From Candidatus Vogelbacteria bacterium RIFOXYB1_FULL_42_16 (lineage in GTDB: Bacteria > Patescibacteriota > Minisyncoccia > Phycocordibacterales > XYD1-FULL-46-19): a stretch of DNA of 64,000 bases. The notes under the pieces were generated by a model. The model ran no database searches and was not told the DNA's origin. It saw only the letters and a list, made by a program, of their open reading frames with translations. Below, piece by piece: positions 38,171 to 47,828 of the stretch (its first letter is position 1; the number at the start of each line of letters is the position of its first letter). The translations under genes and the position numbers were made by a program. Where the stretch lies: contig MHTH01000005.1 in the NCBI GenBank assembly GCA_001823055.1, positions 34,667 through 98,666 of the forward strand. The letters are read 5' to 3'.

Positions 38171-39808
38171 ATGATAAAAGATAAAACTCTTGATATTACG
38201 GCCATCATTCCCGCTGCCGGTCGGCCAACCAACAAGATAATTTTTAATAGTAATCTGCCAGATGCGATGATCCCGATCAATGGCAAGCCGGTGATTGGTT
38301 ATATTATAGAGGATTTAATGGCCAGACAGATCAAAAATATTGTCGTGGTCTTGAACGGCCAAGATCACAATACCGAGAGTTATATTTCCAAGAAATATGG
38401 CGAGCGCTGTTGGATCAAAACTGTTTATGATCAAAGTGCCGGACGCGGTTTGGGTTATGCGATGTATTTGGCCTCAAAATATGTTAACAATGAACATCTT
38501 CTGGTTTATTTGGGCGATACTATTTATAAGGGTCCATTGAATTTTAAGCGAAGTTTTTTAGTAACTACAAAAAAATATGATGATTGTAGTAAGTGGTGCT
38601 TTGTGGAAAAAAAAGGACAAAGGTTGTCTTTTGTCAACAAGCCTCAATCGTATGATGGTTCCGGTCGAGTGATCTGTGGTTTATATTATTTTCATCAATC
38701 AGATTTGTTTAAAAGGGTAATTACTGAAGAAGAAAAAAAAGGGCAAAAAATGGAGATGCACGAACTGCTCTTTTTTTATTCTCAACACGACGCTTTTTCT
38801 CTTGTTCAAGAAAATAAATGGTACGATTGTGGCAACATTGAAAACTACTATCAAGCTAAAATAGATTTTTTGCGCTTAAGAGGTTTTAATTCGATCAAAT
38901 ATGACAGCCTCTACGGAATTATTACGAAAACTGGCATTCGACAAGAAAAGATAAAAAAAGAAATAGCTTGGTACTGTCAGTTGCCAGATAAGTTAAAGAT
39001 TTTCACTCCACGCTTGATTGACTATCAATTTGATAAAAATAAAGCCCAATACTCATTGGAGTTCTATGGCTATCAATCGTTAGACGATATCTTTATTTTT
39101 GGCTATTTGGATGAAAAAATCTGGCAGATTATTATTGATCATTTGCTCGATATTGTTGACTTATTTAAAAAATTTAAAGTAATCGTGCCCATGGCGGATT
39201 ACCAGATAATGTACGGCGATAAAATATTTGCCAGATTGTCAGAATTAAGACAAGATCCTCAGTGGAAAAAATTATTAGCTTGCCCTGAAGTGTTAATCAA
39301 CGGAAAAATTTATAGAAATGTTGATTATTTTTTACCACAAATAAAAAACATTGCCAAAAAACTTTATACCAGAAAAGAAATGGGAGTTGTCCACGGCGAT
39401 TTATGTCTTAATAATATTTTATTTGATCCCGGTAATCGTCTCTTCAAATTGATTGATCCTCGAGGGAATTTTGGTTCAAAAACTTTATTTGGTGACATTA
39501 AGTATGATTTAGCCAAACTTCGTTTTAGTTTGGTCGGGCATTATGATTTTATTGTTTCTGATTTGTTTAAAATCAGTCTGGGAGACAAGGTCAATGAATT
39601 TAAATATAATAATTACAGCGATGAATATCATTTGCGTATTGGTCAAAAATTAGATAGTCTTTTAGTCAAGCGGGGTTATGATCTGAAAAAAATAAGGATT
39701 ATAGAGGCTCTATTGTTCTTGTCGGTTATCCCTCATCATTATGACTATCCTGATCGACAGAAAGCGATGTTTGTTACTGCTATTAAATTATTAAATGAAG
39801 TCTTTTAA
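38171..39808 (+). CDS. Nucleotidyltransferase fused to an APH/choline-kinase-like domain
   Basis: IPAAG..PINGKP, YLGDT, WYDCG; C-terminal HGDLCLNN, IDPRG, YDLAKL. Confidence 0.82.
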   Translation: MIKDKTLDITAIIPAAGRPTNKIIFNSNLPDAMIPINGKPVIGYIIEDLMARQIKNIVVVLNGQDHNTESYISKKYGERCWIKTVYDQSAGRGLGYAMYLASKYVNNEHLLVYLGDTIYKGPLNFKRSFLVTTKKYDDCSKWCFVEKKGQRLSFVNKPQSYDGSGRVICGLYYFHQSDLFKRVITEEEKKGQKMEMHELLFFYSQHDAFSLVQENKWYDCGNIENYYQAKIDFLRLRGFNSIKYDSLYGIITKTGIRQEKIKKEIAWYCQLPDKLKIFTPRLIDYQFDKNKAQYSLEFYGYQSLDDIFIFGYLDEKIWQIIIDHLLDIVDLFKKFKVIVPMADYQIMYGDKIFARLSELRQDPQWKKLLACPEVLINGKIYRNVDYFLPQIKNIAKKLYTRKEMGVVHGDLCLNNILFDPGNRLFKLIDPRGNFGSKTLFGDIKYDLAKLRFSLVGHYDFIVSDLFKISLGDKVNEFKYNNYSDEYHLRIGQKLDSLLVKRGYDLKKIRIIEALLFLSVIPHHYDYPDRQKAMFVTAIKLLNEVF

Positions 39809-40553
39809 AGATCAAAAAGTTAACATTCTTTTTCCTATTTCTGGTCAAGGTCAGCGTTTTATTGATGCTGGTTTTGATACCCCTAAACCTCTGATAAAAG
39901 TTTTGGACAAGTTAATGATCGAATGGGCGGTTAAATCGTGTAATTTTCTCGATAAACTAGACGATTACAATTTGATTTTTACTGTTCGTTTGGAACATAT
40001 TGAGAAGTATCAGATCGACAAAAAACTCAAAGACTTATTTGGTTCAGAGACTATTATTATTCCCATTGAAGTTGATAAATGGCCCAAAGGTCAAGCTGGT
40101 CACGCCTTGGCCGCTAAAAATTATATTGATAACGATCAGCCTCTCTTTATCTATAGTTGTGATACTTACTCCCAAACACCGATTGAGGAAATGATAGACG
40201 ATGAAAAACCCGATGGCGTCTTGTCTTGTTTTGAATCAAACGAAGAACGTCTCAGTTATGCCAAATTAGACAAAAACGGGTATGTCTGCGAGACCGCCGA
40301 AAAGAAACCCATTTCTAATCTGGCCTCGAATGGGCATTATTATTTTCGCCACGGCTCAGATTTTGTTTTGGCGACAGAAGAAGCAATAAAAAAACGACAA
40401 ACATTTAATGGTGAATATTATATTGCTCCAGTGTACAATTTTTTAATTGGCCTTGGGCGGAAAATAAAAGTCGTTATGGTGACTAAGAATTGGGAAATGG
40501 GCACGCCAGTTGATTTAGAATCATTTATCACGCATTATCCTTTGGACAAATAA
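39795..40553 (+). CDS. Nucleotidyltransferase family protein
   Basis: GQGQRF..G...PKPLI; AEKKPISNLA; NGEYYIAPVYN; MGTP. Confidence 0.85.
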   Translation: MKSFKDQKVNILFPISGQGQRFIDAGFDTPKPLIKVLDKLMIEWAVKSCNFLDKLDDYNLIFTVRLEHIEKYQIDKKLKDLFGSETIIIPIEVDKWPKGQAGHALAAKNYIDNDQPLFIYSCDTYSQTPIEEMIDDEKPDGVLSCFESNEERLSYAKLDKNGYVCETAEKKPISNLASNGHYYFRHGSDFVLATEEAIKKRQTFNGEYYIAPVYNFLIGLGRKIKVVMVTKNWEMGTPVDLESFITHYPLDK

Positions 40554-40562
40554 AAAACCGAT

Positions 40563-41546
40563 ATGCCAATTTTTTTAAAAAAACTTTATAATCGTTTGAT
40601 TGAAAAATATTTTGGTTCAGCTCGTCTTTTTAATTCGATTAGAGTTAGACAAGATAGTTTTATCACTATCACTCCTCGGCCAAAACTGGCCAAAAAATAT
40701 CATCGCCGATCCGATTTAATTGAATCGCTACCGTCCTTTGCTGTTGTCATCCAGGGCAAATCGGTCGAGGCCGATTCTTTTACTGTTGAGACCGTCAAGA
40801 TTTATCAGAAAAATTTTTCCAATTCAGTTATTATTGTGGCCACTCATGAGGGTGTAGATTCCCCGGAATGTCTGCAGACCTTGCGAGAATTGGGGGTTAG
40901 AGTTGTGGTGATTCCCAAACCTGATTCTCGCGGACCGTTCAATATCAATCTTCAGATTACCTCGACGGTCGCTGGGCTGAAGGAAGCTAAACGTCTCGGT
41001 TTTGATTATGCAATCAAAACTCGGACGGATGTCAGGCTATATGGAGTTAATATCCCTGAGTTTTTGCTGAATATTATCGCCAAATTTCCCTTGGTGGTTA
41101 AAACAAAACAGCAAGATAGAATTATTAGCACTAATATTTTTACTCTTAAGTACCGACCCTATTCTTTGTCTGATATGACCGTGGCCGGCCGAATCGACGA
41201 TCTCTTATTGTATTTCGACATTCCTTTGGACCAGAGATCGAAAATTGATCTGCCAGTCAATGCTTCGATCGAGGATTACGTTAGAGAAAGACCGGGGGAA
41301 ATATATTTGGAAACGGAATTTCTAAAAAAAATTGGCAGAAATTCTCTCGGAACTTTAGAAGATTCTTGGCAAGTTTTTGCTGACCATTTTTGTGTTATTG
41401 ATCAACAGAGTTTGGATAGTTATTGGTATAAAAATGATATTTATCAATGCCTGGAAAATAAATTTTTAATTTATGATCCAGAGTTTGGTCGTCAAGATTT
41501 AAATTTTCGCGAATGGTTCAACCTCTATCATCGTCTAGGCTCGTGA
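40563..41546 (+). CDS. WavE-family lipopolysaccharide synthesis protein
   Basis: VVIQG, NINLQITST..GL, KTRTD, SD...G motifs. Confidence 0.7.
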   Translation: MPIFLKKLYNRLIEKYFGSARLFNSIRVRQDSFITITPRPKLAKKYHRRSDLIESLPSFAVVIQGKSVEADSFTVETVKIYQKNFSNSVIIVATHEGVDSPECLQTLRELGVRVVVIPKPDSRGPFNINLQITSTVAGLKEAKRLGFDYAIKTRTDVRLYGVNIPEFLLNIIAKFPLVVKTKQQDRIISTNIFTLKYRPYSLSDMTVAGRIDDLLLYFDIPLDQRSKIDLPVNASIEDYVRERPGEIYLETEFLKKIGRNSLGTLEDSWQVFADHFCVIDQQSLDSYWYKNDIYQCLENKFLIYDPEFGRQDLNFREWFNLYHRLGS

Positions 41547-41563
41547 TGTTGATAATAAATTAA

Positions 41564-42227
41564 ATGCGATCTGTCTTACCGTCCTTTATTTGCAAGTTTA
41601 AAGCAATCCTTTTTGATTTGGATGGAGTGGTTGTTGATTCTGATTTTTTGCACGAGGAAGCGAAGAAAGCCGCTCTGATCCATTATCATTTTGAAATAAC
41701 AAAGATTGATTGGGAAAAAATCAAACATCATGCCACCTCCCAGATTTATCAATGGTTAGGGGAGCATTATCCAGATATTAAATTTTCGGAAAAAGAGTTT
41801 ATGGGTTTTAAGAGTCAATATTTTCTAAAATTTGCCTCTAGTAAAATAAAATTAATGCCCGGGGCCTTGGTTTTTATCAAGTATCTTAAAAAACGGGGGG
41901 ATTAGATTAGCCTTAGTGACGGCGACCAGAAGAGAGTCGTTAGAAGTTTTTTTAAATAAATTTAACCTCCGATCGTATTTTGAAGTAATTATTGCGGAAG
42001 ATGACGTTAAAAAATTGAAACCTCATCCCGAGGCTTATTCAAAAGCGATAAAATTATTATCTCTGAAACCAAAAGATTGTCTAGTCATTGAGGATACAAA
42101 ATTGGGTGTTGAAAGTGGAAAATCAGCTGGTTGTCAGGTCATTGGTAAAATCGGAACGATTTCTAGTGACAGGTTAATCATGGCTGGTGTTGACGGCGTT
42201 TTTAATCATTTCCATGAGATTTGTTAA
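41564..42227 (+). pseudogene. HAD phosphatase split by a +1 frameshift in a G6 tract
   Basis: Motif I FDLDGV is in 41564-41905; KPHPE and VIEDT are in 41916-42227. Removing one G from 41895-41900 gives KKRGIRLALVTAT. Confidence 0.8.
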
Positions 42228-42245
42228 ATTGAGATGGTCGATTTT

Positions 42246-43517
42246 TTAATCTCTCATTCTTTTGAAGTAATAAAAAGACACCGTCGTCGTTAAAACATTA
42301 GACACCAAAATGGCAGCGATTGCTCCGGCTAAACCGAAATAATAAAGCAGGATTAGTTTTGGCAGAATATCTATGGTCGGATTTATAATTGACATTTGGT
42401 ATTGGATCTTTTTGGAAAAGTAAATCGGCATCGGAATAGCGATAAATTTTTTGCCGAAGGTTAGCAGGACTAAGGCGTAAAATTGGGAATAGATTATTGC
42501 TTCAGCATATTGAGGAAAAAATATTTTATAAAAAAAGGGGATAAGGACGATATAAGCAATCGTCGGGATAATCATTAAAGAGAATATTTGCCAGAATTTT
42601 TTTGGTAATTCCTTCTTGTTTTCTTCTTTTGTTTTGGCCAATATTTTAGGAGCGTAGATCGGACCAGCTAGTTTTAATAGACCAAGGATTTGGTTGACTG
42701 GTGCTTGGGCAAAAGAATAAATAGCGAGAGGTGCTCCACCCAAAAAATGAAAAATCAAGATCTTGTCTATATTTTGAGCAATGATAGTAAAAGCATTCAT
42801 GACGCTAAAATGTTTCCCCATCGCTAGGGAACCTTCCTCGAATTTTTCATTTGGCTGGTACTTTTTGATGGTGTAAAAATAATAAAAAGCGGAAGTAAGA
42901 AAACTTGTCACCAGATAACCGATAACAATCAATAATGGATTTTGAGTATAAATGATGATAAAAAAGGTAGCGACTGAAGAAACGATGCCACTAATTGTGT
43001 TAGATAAACTGATCAGTCGAAAATCTTTCTTACCGTTTAAAAAAGAACCATAAACATTGTAGCTAGTAGTTAAAGGAGTGATTAGGGCGATTAAGGCAAA
43101 AGCTGTCGCTAAAGTCGGGTTAGAACTAAAATAATAATATGTCGCTACACTGGAAGAAACCAGCAAATAGGGAATATTCCATTTTAGACTATAATCAAAA
43201 GCTTTTTTCAGGACGCCATCATTGCCTTTGGTCACTGCCCGAATAATTAAAATATTTAAATCAGAAAAGGCAAAAGCACCCAATAGGCCGTAAATAGAAA
43301 AAATATATTTATAAATACCATAGCTTTCTTTATCTAAAAAATTAGCAAAAACCAGAGTTAAGACAAAGCCTAATCCGGCTGAAAAAATGAAAGTTAACCC
43401 AGACCAGAAACCGCCTCTAGCCAAGTAAACCATATCGGTCTTGAGATATCCCTCGCTAATTTTAAGCCAAGAACGGATTGTCACTTTTAGCCTGTTCATA
43501 TTATTATAGATTAGCAT
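42246..43517 (-). CDS. Wzx-like oligosaccharide flippase
   Basis: About 12 TM segments; LDKESYGIY; IDKILI; YFGLAGAIAA. Confidence 0.88.
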   Translation of the reverse strand: MLIYNNMNRLKVTIRSWLKISEGYLKTDMVYLARGGFWSGLTFIFSAGLGFVLTLVFANFLDKESYGIYKYIFSIYGLLGAFAFSDLNILIIRAVTKGNDGVLKKAFDYSLKWNIPYLLVSSSVATYYYFSSNPTLATAFALIALITPLTTSYNVYGSFLNGKKDFRLISLSNTISGIVSSVATFFIIIYTQNPLLIVIGYLVTSFLTSAFYYFYTIKKYQPNEKFEEGSLAMGKHFSVMNAFTIIAQNIDKILIFHFLGGAPLAIYSFAQAPVNQILGLLKLAGPIYAPKILAKTKEENKKELPKKFWQIFSLMIIPTIAYIVLIPFFYKIFFPQYAEAIIYSQFYALVLLTFGKKFIAIPMPIYFSKKIQYQMSIINPTIDILPKLILLYYFGLAGAIAAILVSNVLTTTVSFYYFKRMRD

Positions 43518-43573
43518 ATTTTGACTCCTTTTCTAGTCTTTTGGGTTAGTTTTGTGCTATATTTGATCACAAG

Positions 43574-43990
43574 ATGAATCAAAATTTTTGGCTAATCAGC
43601 CAAAGTTATATTAAAAAATACGACAAGGTCTTGAAGTTTTTAATCGGTGGAATTTTCATTACTATTTTACAGGTTGTTTTGTTGTACCTTTTTACTCATA
43701 CTTTTAAAGCCTGGTACCTATTTTCCGCTCAACTTTCTTTTACTATCGCTTTCTTGGTTAGTTTCGTTATTTATCGTGATTGGGTTTTTCCGGGTGGTGA
43801 AAAAGCTTCTCATCATCAATTTGTTTTGTATACAATCTTAACGATCATAAGTTTTTTTGTTAATGGCCTGGGGATGTTTGTTTTTGTCGATTGGTTGGGG
43901 ATTTGGTATGTTTATTCGCAAATAATTGTTAAGGCACTGATGTCTATTGCCAATTATTTTCTCTATAATATTATTATTTTTAATAAATAA
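43574..43990 (+). CDS. GtrA family protein
   Basis: KFLIGG; 4 TM segments; WVF. Confidence 0.85.
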   Translation: MNQNFWLISQSYIKKYDKVLKFLIGGIFITILQVVLLYLFTHTFKAWYLFSAQLSFTIAFLVSFVIYRDWVFPGGEKASHHQFVLYTILTIISFFVNGLGMFVFVDWLGIWYVYSQIIVKALMSIANYFLYNIIIFNK

Positions 43991-43998
43991 TATTAATT

Positions 43999-45798
43999 GT
44001 GTTTTTTAAAAATATTGTGGATTTGATAAAGAAAAATAAATATCTTTTCCTTGCCGTAATTTTTGTTTTGTTTTTTTCCATTTTGCCCCACCTTTATTCT
44101 GTCTATTTGGCCGGATCTTCCTGGCAAGGTATTTTGCCGGAATATACTAACGACGGCTTATATTATTATGCCAGAATGAGTGATGTTGGTCAGGGAAATT
44201 TTTTTCTTGGCAATCCTTATTTTTTGGAGCATCGAGGAGAATATGCCCCCGCCTTTTTTGTGGCTGATTGGCTCGCTAGCTGGCCATTATTATTAGGTCT
44301 GTCTTTAAGCTGGACGGTTTTTATCAATTATTTGATTTGGCCGTTGTTTCTTTTTTTCGCTCTTCTTTTTTTGTTTGAAGAACTTGGTTTGTCTCGTCTA
44401 ATATCAATCGGCGGATCGTTGGTTGGATATTTAAGCGTCCATGAACTGATGAGCCGGCCAGTGATTATGCAGGTGATCTTTCCTTTTTTTATTCTTTTTT
44501 TAATGGTTCTTCTTCGTTATTTTAAAAATCCTAAACAAAAAAAACTTATTGTTCCGTTCGTTTTAGTTTATGCCTTTTCTTTTTATCTTTATTCCTACTT
44601 ATGGCAAATCAGTGTTTTGTCGATCTTTTTCTTATTGATATGGCTGGTTCTTGAAAAAAAATGGTCTGATTTCAGATCGTTGGTTCTGATCAATTTTTTA
44701 ACCTTTATTTTTGTCTGGCCGGTTATTATCTACACCTATTGGCAAATAACCAGTCCTTATTTCTTAGAAACAATGTCTAGATTAGGTTTAGTCAAAACAC
44801 ATTTACCAACTTCGCTCGCTATTCTTGATTGTTTGCTTGTTGTTGTTAGTGAACTTTTACTGTTTTTGACTCTTTATTGGTGCCGGTCAGACGATAAAAA
44901 TTCGGCCAAAACCATTGTGCCATTTTTTATTGTTTCCGGGCTCGCCTTGACCGGGGCTGATTTAAGTAATCTTATCACCGGTCAAGAAATGGAGATTGCC
45001 AATCATATCGGAAGATTTATTACCATCTGGTTGGTTATTATTTTGGTTTATCTGGGCATCTTTTTAAAAAATAACTATACCGATCTTTTTAAATTGCCGA
45101 AAGTCAAAAAGATTTTTATTTTTTCTTTACTGGGGGTGATAATTATTATGCTTATTTCGCCCATAAAAAATTTTCTACCGTCTTTGATTAATCGCGTTAC
45201 TGATCAAAATAGAGCTGAAATAAAAGAACTTCAGAACATTGCTGGACCCTTGGTTTGGTTGAAAGAAAATACCAAGTCAAATAGCGTTGTCTGGATCAAT
45301 AAAAAAACCAGTCATTACGTTCCCATCTATGCTCATCGCCACGTTCTTTTTTCTTCTGGTGGTGGATTGCATCTGATGCCTTCAGCTGAGCTGGAGGAGA
45401 GATATCTCGTGGCTAATTATTTTAGAAATTTAACTTTGGCCGATATTAAAAAAGATTTTCGATCCTATGCTGGAGTGGGTAATGCTATTCATCAATATCA
45501 AAGTCATAACCGTCAAGTAAAATTGTGTCGTTTTTTAAAACTGGAAAGACTTAATTATTCTTGTGGCCAAATGATGGATAGTTTGACTTGGCGAGGAGAA
45601 AAATATTTTTTTGATCTTTATCAAAAATACCTGAATGATATTAAACCGAATATTGATGAGAAATTAGCCAAGTATCATGTAAATTATATTTTAGTTGATC
45701 ATCGAGAAGATCAACTAAAGTTGCCGGTGAGCAACATCGCCAACGCTAAATTAGTCTACAAAGACCAACGTTTTGAAATCTATCAGATTGGTTGTTAA
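43999..45798 (+). CDS. Polytopic membrane protein, GT-C-like
   Basis: DGLYYYAR in the first loop, many TMs, WLKENT, YHVNYILVD; context. Confidence 0.6.
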   Translation: MFFKNIVDLIKKNKYLFLAVIFVLFFSILPHLYSVYLAGSSWQGILPEYTNDGLYYYARMSDVGQGNFFLGNPYFLEHRGEYAPAFFVADWLASWPLLLGLSLSWTVFINYLIWPLFLFFALLFLFEELGLSRLISIGGSLVGYLSVHELMSRPVIMQVIFPFFILFLMVLLRYFKNPKQKKLIVPFVLVYAFSFYLYSYLWQISVLSIFFLLIWLVLEKKWSDFRSLVLINFLTFIFVWPVIIYTYWQITSPYFLETMSRLGLVKTHLPTSLAILDCLLVVVSELLLFLTLYWCRSDDKNSAKTIVPFFIVSGLALTGADLSNLITGQEMEIANHIGRFITIWLVIILVYLGIFLKNNYTDLFKLPKVKKIFIFSLLGVIIIMLISPIKNFLPSLINRVTDQNRAEIKELQNIAGPLVWLKENTKSNSVVWINKKTSHYVPIYAHRHVLFSSGGGLHLMPSAELEERYLVANYFRNLTLADIKKDFRSYAGVGNAIHQYQSHNRQVKLCRFLKLERLNYSCGQMMDSLTWRGEKYFFDLYQKYLNDIKPNIDEKLAKYHVNYILVDHREDQLKLPVSNIANAKLVYKDQRFEIYQIGC

Positions 45799-45891
45799 CG
45801 GTTTTTGACATTATTGATAAACTTCTCATCTTGTGGTAGCAATAGAAGTGGAAAATGCAATCTTGTCAATAAACAAAAGGAGGAAAGAACA

Positions 45892-46734
45892 ATGGATGTT
45901 TTGGCGAATTTTTCCCTATGTGGAAAAGTGGCAGTCTTGACTGGAGCGGCGGGTTTTTTTGGCCGTTATTTTGCTACGGCGTTGTTGGAAGCTGGAGTAG
46001 AAATGGTCTATTTGCTGGACAAAAACCTAGATGGCTTGATTGAATTGTTCAAGGTTTTGTCTGACGAAAAGAGGCCTCGACCGCTTAATTTCCAAACAAT
46101 ACAGGTTGATCAATCAAACGAACAGACCACTTCTCGGGTTTTTGAACAAATCTTGGCGGCCGGTTCGGTTGACATTCTGGTCAACAACTCATTTCAGTTT
46201 GGTCCATTGACCGGTTTCAATGACCCAACTGGCCGAGTCGAGATGGCGAGCAAGGGCCAAGTGATGGCGTCTTTTGAATCGGGTGCTTGGTGGCCATTTC
46301 GGGCCACCCAGTTGGTGGCATCTGCCATGAAAAATAAAGGGTCTGGATCCGTGGTCAACATTGCTTCGATGTATGGCTTGGTGGCGCCCAATCCTGATCT
46401 GTATGAGGGTCGGGATTACTTTAACCCGATTGGTTACAGTCTGGCTAAAGCCGCTTTAATAGCGCAGACGCGTTACTTGGCGGCCTGGCTTGGTCCGGAA
46501 GTCAGAGTCAACGCTCTGGCTCCTGGGGCTATCCCCAACAATGAAAGTCGATCGGAGAACTCTGAACAAAACAAGGATGAAGAATTTGTTCAGCGATTGG
46601 TTGCTCGGACTTTGCTTAAGCGAGTTGGCCACCCGCTCGATTTGGTTGGGCCACTAATCTTTCTTTGTAGTGATGCTTCTCGTTACATGACTGGTCAAAC
46701 TGTCGTTGTTGATGGCGGTTGGACTACAACTTAG
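45892..46734 (+). CDS. SDR oxidoreductase (nonulosonate-cluster type)
   Basis: TGAAGFFG, NIASMYG, YSLAK, VRVNALAPG, VDGG. AAGGAGG upstream of ATG 45892. Confidence 0.9.
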   Translation: MDVLANFSLCGKVAVLTGAAGFFGRYFATALLEAGVEMVYLLDKNLDGLIELFKVLSDEKRPRPLNFQTIQVDQSNEQTTSRVFEQILAAGSVDILVNNSFQFGPLTGFNDPTGRVEMASKGQVMASFESGAWWPFRATQLVASAMKNKGSGSVVNIASMYGLVAPNPDLYEGRDYFNPIGYSLAKAALIAQTRYLAAWLGPEVRVNALAPGAIPNNESRSENSEQNKDEEFVQRLVARTLLKRVGHPLDLVGPLIFLCSDASRYMTGQTVVVDGGWTTT

Positions 46735-46754
46735 AACAGAAAGGAGGTGTTTGT

Positions 46755-47723
46755 ATGGTTACAATCAATGGTCGGCGGGTCGGACAAGGTTATCCGGTTT
46801 TCTTCATTGCCGAAATTGGAATCAATCATAACGGGAGTTTGCCAATGGCTCTCGAGATGGTTGAAAAGGCTGTTTCGATTGGCGTCGAAGCGGTTAAGTT
46901 TCAGAAACGCGATATCGCTACCGTTTTTTCTCCAGCTGAACTCGATAAGGAGCGCGATTTCGATCGCAGTATCATCGACAACGCTAGGGAGAGGACGATG
47001 GTTGAAGGAAAACCGCGTTTTGTTTTGCCGGAGAAAAATTGGCAACGGCTAGACGCGGGGGGACCAACAACCAATGGCGATCTGAAGTATGCTTTGGAGT
47101 TCACCGAGAAAGACTACGATCTTATCAATCGTCAGTGCCTGAAACTCGGTGTTTCATGGTCAGCTTCGGCCTGGGATGGTCTGTCGGCGCATTTTATCAA
47201 CGGTTTTGAAGATGTAGCCTGGCTCAAAGTGGCCTCGGCTTGTTTGACTAACCGCGACTTGCTTTTGCGAGTCAAGGCCAAAGGCAAGCCGATCTTCATG
47301 TCGACCGGTGGTAGCACTTTGGAACAAGTCGGTCGAGCGGTAGAAGTTCTTGGCCCTGACAATCTGGTTCTGCTTCATTGCGTGTCGGAATATCCGCCAC
47401 GTGACGAAGATAGCAACTTGATGGTGATGGAAACGCTCAAACGAATCTATCCCCAGGTGCCGATTGGTTACTCTAGCCACTCGCGAGACATCTTTCCTCC
47501 TCTGGTTGCCACGATGCTGGGAGCTTGCGCGGTAGAGGTCCATCTGACCTTGGATCGCAATTTGCCCGGCTCGGATCATCAGGCTAGTCTGGAGCCATCG
47601 GAGTTGGCTGAACTGGTTCGGCAAGTCCGACGATTCGAGACCTTGCGAGGCGATGGTGTCAAACGTGTTTTGCCTGGTGAGTGTGCAACGATGGCCAAGT
47701 TGCGTCGAGTCGACGATCTGTGA
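46755..47723 (+). CDS. neuB: N-acetylneuraminate synthase family protein
   Basis: IAEIGINHNG, VKFQKR, KVASA, MSTG, LHCVSEYP, GYSSH, EVHLTLDR, GSDH. AAGGAGG upstream. No C-terminal SAF domain. Confidence 0.92.
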   Translation: MVTINGRRVGQGYPVFFIAEIGINHNGSLPMALEMVEKAVSIGVEAVKFQKRDIATVFSPAELDKERDFDRSIIDNARERTMVEGKPRFVLPEKNWQRLDAGGPTTNGDLKYALEFTEKDYDLINRQCLKLGVSWSASAWDGLSAHFINGFEDVAWLKVASACLTNRDLLLRVKAKGKPIFMSTGGSTLEQVGRAVEVLGPDNLVLLHCVSEYPPRDEDSNLMVMETLKRIYPQVPIGYSSHSRDIFPPLVATMLGACAVEVHLTLDRNLPGSDHQASLEPSELAELVRQVRRFETLRGDGVKRVLPGECATMAKLRRVDDL

Positions 47724-47739
47724 TCTTTTGGTTACATGG

Positions 47740-47776
47740 AAAGGGCGCTTTTTTCGGAAAGCGCCCTTTTGTTTTG
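47740..47776 (+). terminator. Intrinsic terminator after neuB
   Basis: AAAGGGCGCTTT..AAAGCGCCCTTT followed by a T-rich tail. Confidence 0.8.
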
Positions 47777-47828
47777 GACACTAAATTTTTCTTGAAAGAA
47801 AGGTTGGGGGTTGCTATAGTTTACTAAT

